The translations under genes were made by a program, and so were the position numbers. Of a stretch of DNA of 64,000 nt, positions 8,933 through 18,206 are shown piece by piece. The notes beneath the pieces are model-generated. The model made no database searches. It had not been told where the DNA came from and was given only the letters and a program-made list of their open reading frames with translations. The stretch spans positions 102,292 through 166,291 of the forward strand of contig JAZPYA010000039.1 in the NCBI GenBank assembly GCA_045543935.1. The letters are read 5' to 3'. The stretch's first letter is position 1, and the number at the start of each line of letters is the position of its first letter. The DNA is from Alistipes sp. (GTDB lineage Bacteria > Bacteroidota > Bacteroidia > Bacteroidales > Rikenellaceae).

Positions 8933-10714
8933 TTAGAACTGCACCTTCACACCCACCGTAAACGATGCGCCCAACTCGCGATAGAATGCCCAACGATATG
9001 TAGGCATCACATCGCCAAGCAGGTTTTTACCCTCGGCATATATGGTGCAAGTCTTATTCACGCGATAATCGGCATAGAGACTCAAATCGAGCGACACTGG
9101 AGCATAAAAAGTTCCCGTCTGTGCCGGCATAGCCAAACCGAAAAGCGAATAGTCCTGCACATAGGTCCATCTTGTCGAGCCATACAACTCTGCCGACAAT
9201 CCAAGCGTAAATTTCTTGTGAGTATATCGCGCCTTCAACAACGCCTCGACATCAGGCAAGGCGTCTTGTACGCTTGCAAAGTTGGTATAGAGCGAGCCTT
9301 TCACCTCGGCCGTAAGCAACAACTGCGAGATAGGCTTGTAATCTACCGCACCGCACAATGACCAGATATTGCGTTTTGCGCTCTCCACACCGAAGAAAAT
9401 CTGGTTTATATTGTACCAATAGAGGGCATTTTTCATAAACGACATATTGGCATAGAAGCGGTATGCAAACTTACTGCTTGCCGAGTGTCCCGACACTCCG
9501 AAACGCACATTCCACAGCTCAGTGTTCGGCAATACGGTATTTGCCGTTAGAGAGCCATCGGCACCACCCAAAATTGCAACATACGGATTACGGCGCACCA
9601 ACGAGTAATAGCTATTATTCTGCAACTCGCCATCAACCTCCACATACGGCACAAACGAGCCTTTATCGTTGATATTCAGCGACATTGTCACATACGGAAA
9701 GGCGTGCCATCTGTTCTGCTTTTGAGTGTCGGCAGGGTTGTAGTCATACAGCACTTTGGCTCCTATGGTCAAATCTAACAGACCTCCTGAGCGATAGCGG
9801 TACAACAGTTTTCCGCCAACAATAGAGTTGTTATACACCTTCAGCGAACGCAAGCCATAGTAGCCTTTATAGTCGATATCGAAAGACAAAGCACTGCGTT
9901 TGGTAATCTCGCGCGCCAACGCCAAGCCTCCCGTAACATTCATCTGCTGATAGCGTTCGTTTTCTATGAAACGCTCCGACTTATCGTTATAGAAATCGGC
10001 CGAGGCATAGACCTTGAAATTGAGGTGTCCGTAATCGGCAAACGAATCGCCAAACGACAACGACAAATTCACATCCTCGAAGTCGATTTTTCGGCGTTTA
10101 TACTCCAATAGAGGTACTTTCGTCCCATCTGCGTCATACTCGTACTCGTTGTGCAGAGGATAGCGATGATAGGTATCCATACGATAGAACAAGTCGCCCG
10201 CCAAGGTGTAGCGACCAAAGTACTTACCACCCATAACACCGAACTTATTGTTCATCTGCATTGAGCGATTATCCTTGTACGATTTTCCATCGAAGGTATT
10301 TTCATAACGCAACTTCGAGTATTGTGCGTAGTGCTGGGCATAACCTGTCAAATATCCCACATCTGCACGATGCGTTGTGGCATACAAGTCACCCACCGTA
10401 TTTGGATATCCTGCACCCAACTTCAAATAGAAAGGATAGTTGCGATTATACTCCCAATAGGTCACCGTTGCAGGCTTGAAGCGATGCGTGCCGAGAGCCG
10501 ATGCAAACGAGCGTGGCGTAATCGTATAGTCAATTTCGGGGCGCAAAGTGATTGTATCGACCATATTCGGAGCGATATCCATCTTGTGCGCCGTTCCTAT
10601 TTCGGGGGCGTAATCCTTTGTTACCTCGACCTGTTTTGCTACTTGCGCCGATGCCGAGAGCGACACCATACATAGCGCAATAAGTGTTGTTATATATCGT
10701 TTCATAATAGCCAC
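8933..10714 (-). CDS. Outer-membrane beta-barrel (TonB-dependent-receptor-like) partner of the TPR protein
   Basis: Signal peptide, EVTKDYAPEI N-terminal motif, amphipathic strands, terminal Phe (GVKVQF). Confidence 0.75.
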   Translation of the reverse strand: MAIMKRYITTLIALCMVSLSASAQVAKQVEVTKDYAPEIGTAHKMDIAPNMVDTITLRPEIDYTITPRSFASALGTHRFKPATVTYWEYNRNYPFYLKLGAGYPNTVGDLYATTHRADVGYLTGYAQHYAQYSKLRYENTFDGKSYKDNRSMQMNNKFGVMGGKYFGRYTLAGDLFYRMDTYHRYPLHNEYEYDADGTKVPLLEYKRRKIDFEDVNLSLSFGDSFADYGHLNFKVYASADFYNDKSERFIENERYQQMNVTGGLALAREITKRSALSFDIDYKGYYGLRSLKVYNNSIVGGKLLYRYRSGGLLDLTIGAKVLYDYNPADTQKQNRWHAFPYVTMSLNINDKGSFVPYVEVDGELQNNSYYSLVRRNPYVAILGGADGSLTANTVLPNTELWNVRFGVSGHSASSKFAYRFYANMSFMKNALYWYNINQIFFGVESAKRNIWSLCGAVDYKPISQLLLTAEVKGSLYTNFASVQDALPDVEALLKARYTHKKFTLGLSAELYGSTRWTYVQDYSLFGLAMPAQTGTFYAPVSLDLSLYADYRVNKTCTIYAEGKNLLGDVMPTYRWAFYRELGASFTVGVKVQF

Positions 10715-13704
10715 TAATTCAATTTCTCGAGTTTCGACTGTGCCTCTGATACAATGCCGTCATCGGCAGGGGTATAACCATCTACCACACTGCGGTATGT
10801 AGCCTTCGCTTGGAAGAGGTCGTTGCGTTGTACATATATATCGCCCAACAAGATAAATGCCTTACCCAACCAATACGAATGAGCTGTTTTGCTATCCGCC
10901 AAAGCGTATATTTTCTGCTCGCACTCATCGAGTTTCGCTTCACCAAAGAGAGCCTCTATAACACGATATGCCGACTCTGCTCCCTCCGCATTCGACACAT
11001 CGCCAGACAACAACTCATATATCTTGCGAGCCTCTGCGCTTTCGCCTCGCGAAGTATGCACCTTTGCCTTGGCAAAACGCACTCGGCGCAACATCGTAGC
11101 ATCGACATCTGCCAAGGTATCCAAATCATTTGCCATAACAATCAGAGCATCATCATCTCTACGCAAAAGCACCGATTCGGCATATCCATTCGCCGACTCC
11201 ATACGCGATGTCGGATTCTCTGCCAATTCGTACATACGGCGGAATGCCGAAGCCGACTCATCGTAGATGCGATTATCAAAGGTCACGCGCGCCAACTTCT
11301 CAACCACAGGTATTGTATATTGGTTTTGAGGCTGTTCTGCCAACAATTTCATACTCTCAACTGCTCTATCAAGACTATCACTCTTGAGGTAGCAATCACT
11401 CAAGCAAAACAACGCATCGTTGGTATAGTAGCCCTTCGGAAAGTTCTGCAAATACTCCTTCAGGTGCGATATCGCATCGGCAGTTCTATCGGCAAGATAG
11501 ATATTCTGCGCCGCACGGAACGACAACGAGTCACGAGCCATAATGCTCAAATCGCACTCCACTCCCGTGCGCTCGGCATAAGCGAAGTAGTCGTTAATAT
11601 TGCCCTTTGCCACATATATCTCGCGTACACTCTGCATTGCATCTCGCGCCGCCGAAGATTGCGGAGCAGATGAAATAACGCGATCGTAATAGTGGAGCGA
11701 CTTGTCATTATCACCCAAGTTGAAATGTACCAATCCCAAATCGAGCAGCGCCGGCGTATAGTATGGCGATTGCGGATATTTCTCAACAAAACCCTCCAAC
11801 ACCGAGGCTCCGTCAGCATAACGACCAAGCGACACATAGGTACGACCAAGTTCGTATGCCGCATCGTCATTGTAATCGCCACAATTCTCGCCCTGCATCT
11901 GGCGCAAAGCTCCAATTTTTGCAGTAGTCTTACCCGCCAAACCGAGCGAAATAGCTCGCTGATATTTAGCATAATCCTGTTCTGCGGTTCCGAGGGCAAC
12001 CGCGCCCTCATAACTCTTTACGGCATCGGCGTATTTGCGTTGCGAGTACTGCGCATCGCCCAAGCGATTGAAGGCATCGGCGCGATAGCGATCGGCTGTT
12101 TTATAGAGCCACACAAAGCCCTCAAAAGCCTTTTGACTCTTTGCCATACTCTTCTGCGTAAAGTGGGCGTAGCCGAGGTTATATAGTGCCATCTTGTACT
12201 CACGCTCCGACTTTGGTGCGCGCTTGAGGTAATAGTCGTAGTACTTTATCGCTAACGGATAATTTTCGGTCTGGTACTCTATCTCTCCCAACCAGAATAG
12301 ACATAAAGCATTATATTTCGGGCTTACACCTATCTTCTGCGCCTCATTCAGTGCAGACTTTGCCTTTTCGTAGTCGCCCACCATAAACGCCTCCAAGCCG
12401 TTGAAGTAGGCGATCTTCTGCAATGCTGCACGCTGTGTTCCATCAGGATTAGGGAACGCCTTAATCGCCTTGTATGCCATTTTGTAGTCGTGCGAGTTGT
12501 AGTATGCTGCAATCAACAATTCTCGCGCATCATCGGCACGCTCCGAATTTGGATATTTCGTGACATAGCGCGTCAAGACATTGATAGACTCGTTGAATGT
12601 TCCACCTCCTGTCTCAAAGAGCAACTTGCCGTAGTTAAAGAGTGCATCTTCCGAAATCTCGTTATTGAATTTCTCGTCAGCCGCCATCGCAAAGGCGTGA
12701 ATAGCCTGTCGCTTATCCTCACGGCGTAAGTAACAGTCTGCCAAGTGATATGAGGCATTTTGTGCCAACTCGTCACTACCCTCTGCGACCTTGCGCAGAG
12801 CCTCAATCGCCGTAGCATAATCTGTTGAGCGATATGCCGAGTAACCGAGAATATAGTTCTCCTCGCGTCCCATCTTGCCACCCGAGCGCTGATACATCGA
12901 CATATAGAGGAACGATTTATTGTAGCCCTGCAAGCGATACCAAGCCTCTGCTATCACACGCATCAACTCGGTGCGTTCCACCTCTACCGATTGCTTCAGC
13001 AGTTCATCGCCACTCTTTACGACATATTGGTAGTTGCCACGCGCAAACTCTATCTGGAAAAGGTAGTAAGGGATAACCTTTGCGTAGTTATCGCTCTTGC
13101 GCAACGACTCGAAACCCTTGTATGCCTCCTTATACTCCTCGCGAAAGTAGTGAATGTAGGCTTTGTAGTATGTTGCGTGATCGGCATAGTTGCCCGTAGG
13201 CGAGAGAGTCGAGAAGAGTTCATAAGCCTTATCGTGATTACCCGAAGTAAATTCGATATAACCCATTCGCATATTATACTTCTCGCGATCACTCTCCTTG
13301 AGTGCCTTATACGAAACCTTCGCCAAATAGGTGCGAGCCTTGCTATACTCCTCGCGCTCGCAGTAGTACATCGCCAACATAAAGCGCACATCGTTCACAT
13401 GCACCGACTCGGGGTAACGGCGCAAGAAGGCGAGCAAGATATCCTCCACCTCGTTATCGTGCAACTCGGCAGCACAGAGAGCGAGTTCAAAATCGATATG
13501 GCGCACCAACACCTCATCATCAAGCGGTATCCTCTCGCGCAAAAGCGTAAGAGAATGGCGCGCTTCGGCAAATCTTCTCTGCTCGATAAGCGATGTTGCA
13601 CGCTCGGTTTCGCGTTTGATATCCACCGAGATAACAGCATCTGCAATCCCTATATTCATCACTGCCAACAGCAGTAGCAACAGACTTTTCTTCAACATAG
13701 CCAC
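10714..13704 (-). CDS. Large secreted tetratricopeptide-repeat protein
   Basis: 996 aa, signal peptide, many TPR units (A.Y.LG, YP.S...DA). Confidence 0.9.
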   Translation of the reverse strand: MAMLKKSLLLLLLAVMNIGIADAVISVDIKRETERATSLIEQRRFAEARHSLTLLRERIPLDDEVLVRHIDFELALCAAELHDNEVEDILLAFLRRYPESVHVNDVRFMLAMYYCEREEYSKARTYLAKVSYKALKESDREKYNMRMGYIEFTSGNHDKAYELFSTLSPTGNYADHATYYKAYIHYFREEYKEAYKGFESLRKSDNYAKVIPYYLFQIEFARGNYQYVVKSGDELLKQSVEVERTELMRVIAEAWYRLQGYNKSFLYMSMYQRSGGKMGREENYILGYSAYRSTDYATAIEALRKVAEGSDELAQNASYHLADCYLRREDKRQAIHAFAMAADEKFNNEISEDALFNYGKLLFETGGGTFNESINVLTRYVTKYPNSERADDARELLIAAYYNSHDYKMAYKAIKAFPNPDGTQRAALQKIAYFNGLEAFMVGDYEKAKSALNEAQKIGVSPKYNALCLFWLGEIEYQTENYPLAIKYYDYYLKRAPKSEREYKMALYNLGYAHFTQKSMAKSQKAFEGFVWLYKTADRYRADAFNRLGDAQYSQRKYADAVKSYEGAVALGTAEQDYAKYQRAISLGLAGKTTAKIGALRQMQGENCGDYNDDAAYELGRTYVSLGRYADGASVLEGFVEKYPQSPYYTPALLDLGLVHFNLGDNDKSLHYYDRVISSAPQSSAARDAMQSVREIYVAKGNINDYFAYAERTGVECDLSIMARDSLSFRAAQNIYLADRTADAISHLKEYLQNFPKGYYTNDALFCLSDCYLKSDSLDRAVESMKLLAEQPQNQYTIPVVEKLARVTFDNRIYDESASAFRRMYELAENPTSRMESANGYAESVLLRRDDDALIVMANDLDTLADVDATMLRRVRFAKAKVHTSRGESAEARKIYELLSGDVSNAEGAESAYRVIEALFGEAKLDECEQKIYALADSKTAHSYWLGKAFILLGDIYVQRNDLFQAKATYRSVVDGYTPADDGIVSEAQSKLEKLN

Positions 13705-13740
13705 ACTATATTTCTTAATTTAGGCAAAAATACAAAAAAT

Positions 13741-13773
13741 AATTGACAATTGACGAATTGACAATTGATAATT
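13741..13773. repeat. Heptamer array, AATTGAC/AATTGAT family
   Basis: aattgac aattgac g aattgac aattgat aattaaa. Confidence 0.85.
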
Positions 13774-13916
13774 AAAGGTATTTTTTATTTTTATAACTTT
13801 TGGCTCTGCACTTTCAACTTTAAACTCGCTCTCTGCGCTTTAACAACGGAAGGAGTCTTCAAAACAAAAAAGAGCGGAGAAAATCTCCACTCTCAACCCT
13901 AAAATGTTGGTCAGGA

Positions 13917-14261
13917 TTAGTTCTGTGCCGGAGTCTCGGCAGGAAGCTCTGCCTGTGGCATCTCTACAGTTTGCTCGGTAGCAGGAGCCGAAAGCATCTC
14001 GATATCGCTCGATACGCCCGACTTACCAGCCTCGTTCAACTTGCTGCTAATGAAGATTGTCGAAAGAAGCGACAACACCAAAATTACAGTTGCAGCTCCC
14101 CAAGTAAACTTCTCCAAGAAGTCGGCTGTCTGACGAACACCCATAACCTGATTCGATGCGCCAAAGTTAGCGGCCATACCACTCTTTGGGTTCTGAACCA
14201 ATACTGCAAGTACCAACAAAATACTTGCGATAATAACCAATACAATCAAAAATGTGTACAT
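13917..14261 (-). CDS. secG: Preprotein translocase subunit SecG
   Basis: VLVQNPKSGMAANFG ... DFLEKFTW; start placed at MYTFL. Confidence 0.92.
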   Translation of the reverse strand: MYTFLIVLVIIASILLVLAVLVQNPKSGMAANFGASNQVMGVRQTADFLEKFTWGAATVILVLSLLSTIFISSKLNEAGKSGVSSDIEMLSAPATEQTVEMPQAELPAETPAQN

Positions 14262-14277
14262 AACTCTATTCTGTTTT

Positions 14278-14664
14278 TTAATTATTTTTCTCGATATTTT
14301 CGATTTTCTCGGCAAAGTAAGCACTTTTTTCTGAATTTAGCAAACTTAATTTGCGATATATTTCAATTGCTTCGCATTTTAGCCCCTGAGCAAGGTAAAT
14401 TTCCGCCAACTCCTCACTCACCAAATCGTCCTCTTCATCAATCTCTGCCTCGGTGCGAATTTCACTATCCACCTCACCCTCTTCGGCAACAATACGGTAG
14501 TCGGTTTTACGCAAGAAACGAGATATTATCTCGCCCTCGCTCTCCTCGGCAAGTCTCTCTACATCAACCTCATATCGGCACACACCCTCACCCGACTGCG
14601 CTACTCGCGCAGCCTCGTACCAAGGGTACTTTTCGAGAAGTTGTGTTATATGCTCTTCGGTCAT
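14278..14664 (-). CDS. Conserved hypothetical protein between lptE and secG (TPR-like C-terminus)
   Basis: SEELAEIYLAQG....AIEIYRKLSL.N.EKS.YFA..I motif; the ORF-track extension to 14700 is translated repeat DNA. Confidence 0.8.
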   Translation of the reverse strand: MTEEHITQLLEKYPWYEAARVAQSGEGVCRYEVDVERLAEESEGEIISRFLRKTDYRIVAEEGEVDSEIRTEAEIDEEDDLVSEELAEIYLAQGLKCEAIEIYRKLSLLNSEKSAYFAEKIENIEKNN

Positions 14665-14672
14665 AGGGAGAG

Positions 14673-14749
14673 AATTCAAAATGCAAAATGCAGAATGCAA
14701 AATTCAAAATTCAAAATTCAAAATGCAGAATGCAAAATTAAGAATCAAA
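14673..14749. repeat. Heptamer array, AATGCAA/AATGCAG/AATTCAA family
   Basis: About 10 tandem units between lptE stop and the next start codon. Confidence 0.92.
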
Positions 14750-14803
14750 AGCCAAATAAATAAAAAATACCATTAATTGTCAATTTGGAAACTCCGTTTT
14801 CCG

Positions 14804-15313
14804 TTACCAATTCGATGCTGCGGCCATAAATATATCGGTCACAAGTTGCTCCACAATCTCCGGAATCAAAGTACTCTCGACCTCGGTCAGCAACTTTGTT
14901 GAGTCGTAGTCTGCATAAGCCGAGAATGAACGCGCCTTAAATGAAGCCTTATCATCGATAACATTCGTAAAATTGACCTTTACCGTAATTGTCAATCGGT
15001 TTTGCAGGGCATAGTCGCCACTCGACACCGAAGATGTTGTCGAGGTATAACCCACAATCTCGCCCTCGAAAGCGAAATCGCCACCTTCAGGCACTTGCAC
15101 AAGGCGTGTTCGTGTAGCAAAACGCTGGGTGAGTTCATCGGTCAGCGTTGCACTCAAAATAGGAGCAACCATCGGAGCGTTATTCGGAAAATATGCCACC
15201 GAGAAGGTCTTTGCATCGGGCGGAATCGAAGCACCCGACAATGTATATTTAACCGTACAACTGCTTGTAGCCAAAAGCATTAAGGCGCACAATGCAAAAA
15301 GTAACTTTTTCAA
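14804..15313 (-). CDS. lptE: LptE-family lipoprotein
   Basis: Lipobox TSSC, SGASI, TITVKVNF; TTG start abutting a heptamer array. Confidence 0.85.
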   Translation of the reverse strand: MKKLLFALCALMLLATSSCTVKYTLSGASIPPDAKTFSVAYFPNNAPMVAPILSATLTDELTQRFATRTRLVQVPEGGDFAFEGEIVGYTSTTSSVSSGDYALQNRLTITVKVNFTNVIDDKASFKARSFSAYADYDSTKLLTEVESTLIPEIVEQLVTDIFMAAASNW

Positions 15314-15347
15314 ATTAAAAATTAAGAATTAAAAATTAAAAATTAAA
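15313..15347. repeat. Heptamer array, AATTAAA/AATTAAG family
   Basis: Five tandem units. Confidence 0.85.
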
Positions 15348-15381
15348 CTACTCTCTACTCGCTAATTAAAAGTTTTCCGTT

Positions 15382-16587
15382 CTACTCCTCAATCCCCAAC
15401 TCTTTAATTTTGCGGTAGAGTGTGCGTTCCGACATAAACAACTCGGAGGCAGCAGCTCGGCGACTACCGCCATTTCGGCGCAGGGCCTTAATAATCTGCT
15501 CGCGTTGCATATCCGACTTCGTCATTTCGCGTGGCATATCCTCCACAACTTCACTCTCGGCAAACTCCTCTACTATAGGTGCAGGGTGTGGCAACAGGGC
15601 CTTCACCTCGCTTGCACTACTCTGTTGCGGAGTTGCAGTTTGATACGAAGAGTAACCACTATGCAGGTCTGACATCATACGCTTCAAGTCGTTGATATCG
15701 CTACGCATATCGAAGAGTATCTTGTAGAGCAACTCGCGCTCGGAGTTCATATCCTCCACCTTTGCCGACTGTGTAATGCTCGGCGATGTAGCCGAGGTTT
15801 CGTCTGTAAGATACTTTGCAAGAATCTGCGGAGTGATATCGCGCGACTCCTCGATAGCCGAAATCTGCTCCGCCACATTCTTGAGTTGGCGGATATTACC
15901 ACGCCAATAGTAGTTTTCGAGCATCGTGCGAGCCTCCTCATTCAGAGCAATGGCAGGCATCTTATATTGTACCGACACATCGGTTGCGAAACGACGGAAC
16001 AGAAGATATATATCCTCTGGTCGCTCACGCAACGCCGGCACAACAATCGGCACAGTGTTGAGTCGATAGTACAAATCCTCGCGGAAACGACCATCAGCAA
16101 TAGCCTTCATCAGGTTGGAGTTGGTCGCCGCCACAACTCGCACATTTGTCTTCTGCACCTTCGCAGAGCCTACACGCATAAACTCGCCCGTCTGCAACAC
16201 TCGCAATAAGCGCACCTGCGTAGCAAGTGGAAGTTCGCCTACCTCATCGAGGAAGATTGTACCTCCGTCAGCCTCCTCAAAGTAGCCTTTACGAGCCTCG
16301 ATAGCACCCGTAAATGAGCCCTTTTCGTGACCAAACAACTCCGAATCAATCGTTCCTTCGGGTATTGCTCCGCAGTTTACAGCAACATACTTGTTGTGTT
16401 TACGAGCCGAGTTGGCGTGGATAACCTGCGGAAAGAACTCCTTACCCACACCGCTTTCGCCCGTTACAAGCACCGTCAAATCGGTGGTCGCAACACGCAA
16501 AGCAACCTCTAACGCTCTATTCAGAAGCGGAGAGTTGCCAATAATGCCAAAGCGTTGTTTTACCGAGAGTAAAGTGCTATTATCCAT
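15382..16587 (-). CDS. Sigma-54-interaction AAA+ domain protein with Fis-type HTH
   Basis: GESGVGKE, SELFGHEKGSFTGA, FLDEVGE, FREDLYYRL, WRGNIRQL, SERTLYRK. Confidence 0.95.
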   Translation of the reverse strand: MDNSTLLSVKQRFGIIGNSPLLNRALEVALRVATTDLTVLVTGESGVGKEFFPQVIHANSARKHNKYVAVNCGAIPEGTIDSELFGHEKGSFTGAIEARKGYFEEADGGTIFLDEVGELPLATQVRLLRVLQTGEFMRVGSAKVQKTNVRVVAATNSNLMKAIADGRFREDLYYRLNTVPIVVPALRERPEDIYLLFRRFATDVSVQYKMPAIALNEEARTMLENYYWRGNIRQLKNVAEQISAIEESRDITPQILAKYLTDETSATSPSITQSAKVEDMNSERELLYKILFDMRSDINDLKRMMSDLHSGYSSYQTATPQQSSASEVKALLPHPAPIVEEFAESEVVEDMPREMTKSDMQREQIIKALRRNGGSRRAAASELFMSERTLYRKIKELGIEE

Positions 16588-16598
16588 TTTAGTTCATT

Positions 16599-17261
16599 CT
16601 ATTCATTTATAACTTGTCCGGGTATCACGCGCAAAGCGTCCATTGTCGCATCATCATCTGCCACGCCGAGATTAGAGACATACCAACCATAGCCGATACC
16701 CACCAATGCCAACAAAAGTATCACTATCGCCACCACCATCACAACATCAACCTTCTTACGAGGTTTGGTAGGGGCTTTAGGGGCATTAGAGGCATTAGAG
16801 GCATTAGAGGCGTTAGAGGCGTTAGGGGTTTCCTTTTCACTACCTACGCTCTTGCTCTTCTCGTTTTCAGTTTTCCGTTCTCCGTTTTCCGTTTCCGAAA
16901 CTTGTTTCGGAATGTACGGTGTCTGCTTTGGCAGTTCAACCTGCTCAACGGGTGGATAGAGTCGCAGCACCTTTGTCGAAGGCTCTATGCGGAGTGTTCC
17001 AATCTCTCCCAAACGGCAATATCCGTACTGCTCCAATTCGTGACGCACCTCAAACAGAAATCTATCCAAAGTGACCGCCACCTCCATCTCATTAAGCCCT
17101 CTGTCGCGCAACAATGAGGTTAGTACGCCATCATCGGTATTCAACAAGTCGGAGAAGATACGCTCGCCCGACTCCTTGACCATAAACGCGCCAAAGTTCG
17201 GAACTACCAATCTGCGATTTGTTTGCAGATACCCTGCTATTACCTCAACAACAATGCTCAT
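16599..17261 (-). CDS. HU-like (CCDC81-type) domain protein with C-terminal TM segment
   Basis: LVVPNFGAF and LGEIGTL HU-like motifs; linker built from 7-mer and 9-mer DNA repeats. Confidence 0.65.
   Translation of the reverse strand: MSIVVEVIAGYLQTNRRLVVPNFGAFMVKESGERIFSDLLNTDDGVLTSLLRDRGLNEMEVAVTLDRFLFEVRHELEQYGYCRLGEIGTLRIEPSTKVLRLYPPVEQVELPKQTPYIPKQVSETENGERKTENEKSKSVGSEKETPNASNASNASNASNAPKAPTKPRKKVDVVMVVAIVILLLALVGIGYGWYVSNLGVADDDATMDALRVIPGQVINE
16768..16897. repeat. In-frame 9-mer (TTAGAGGCR) and 7-mer (AACGGAR) arrays inside a CDS
   Basis: Encode NASNASNASNAP and ENGERKTENE. Confidence 0.85.
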
Positions 17262-17291
17262 ACAGTTAAAACGACAATAGTTGTCCTTTTA

Positions 17292-17690
17292 TTACTTGCG
17301 CTTTGCCTCAATTACCGAGTCGATATATGCCTTAATCTTCGGCTTTGGATCCTCCCAACCCTCAGGCTTGATAACTTTGTTATCCTTTGGATTGTAGTGA
17401 GGTTTTCCGTCTGGCCACAACTTCGCCATATTAGCCTTCTGCACAATATCGAACAACTCGTCAGCCTCCAAGCCCATCTCGACCATTGTTCCGAGAGCAA
17501 AGTACATCAAGTCGATCATCGCATCGGCCTGCTCGTAGATATCATCTGCAATCAGGAACTCGGCAACCTCCTCGTTCATCCACTTTGCACGGCTCAAAGC
17601 GCGCTTCTTGGCAATCATCACGGGTTGCTCTGCAACAGGGTGTCCAAATTTCTCGTGAAATTCTCGAACATCATTCCACTCTTTTTTCAT
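17292..17690 (-). CDS. MazG/dUTPase-like all-alpha NTP pyrophosphohydrolase
   Basis: VREFHEKFG, NEEVAEF ... ADAMIDLMYF.LG, ANMAK, GK..KP.GW..P. Confidence 0.8.
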   Translation of the reverse strand: MKKEWNDVREFHEKFGHPVAEQPVMIAKKRALSRAKWMNEEVAEFLIADDIYEQADAMIDLMYFALGTMVEMGLEADELFDIVQKANMAKLWPDGKPHYNPKDNKVIKPEGWEDPKPKIKAYIDSVIEAKRK

Positions 17691-17809
17691 AATTTTCTGA
17701 TATATTTACGTTGTTACTTATTCCAACTCTAATATTTCAAACTACCGTCCTGCGAAATGGAGGAATTATGAAAAAAGACAAATCTTTACATTCCCTCCAA
17801 ACCTCCCTT

Positions 17810-18090
17810 TGGAAAAGGGCGGCTTAATCCTGCTTTGCAGGCTTTTCTATGTTTTGTTGTTTGCGCCTATTTTTTATGGCATTTAATGGCATTCGGGCTT
17901 GCAGCCCTGAATGGCATTGAATGGCAACGCACTCCAAAGGAGTGCTTAATGACAGGCGCATTTGCCATTCAGCGAGTGCAATGAGCGATTGTCATTTTGC
18001 CGCGGCCAATTCTCCATTTTGCATTTTGCATTCTGCATTTTGCATTTCCCTCCGCTTTCCGTTTCCCGTTTTCCGCTCTCCGTTTTTCGC
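17810..18090. repeat. Cluster of REP-like hairpins followed by CATTTTG and CCGTTTT heptamer arrays
   Basis: CCCTTT/AAAGGG, GGGCT/AGCCC and GCACTCC/GGAGTGC hairpins; AATGGCA repeats; arrays at about 18014-18045 and 18050-18090. Confidence 0.65.
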
Positions 18091-18206
18091 CTATTAGTCC
18101 ATTTTAATTCAAGGTGCAAAGATACAAAAAAGTTTTACTTTTTACACTTTGTTTCGGACTTTTTATTATCTTTGCGGAAAATATACTAATTACAGCCCTT
18201 TTTTCT

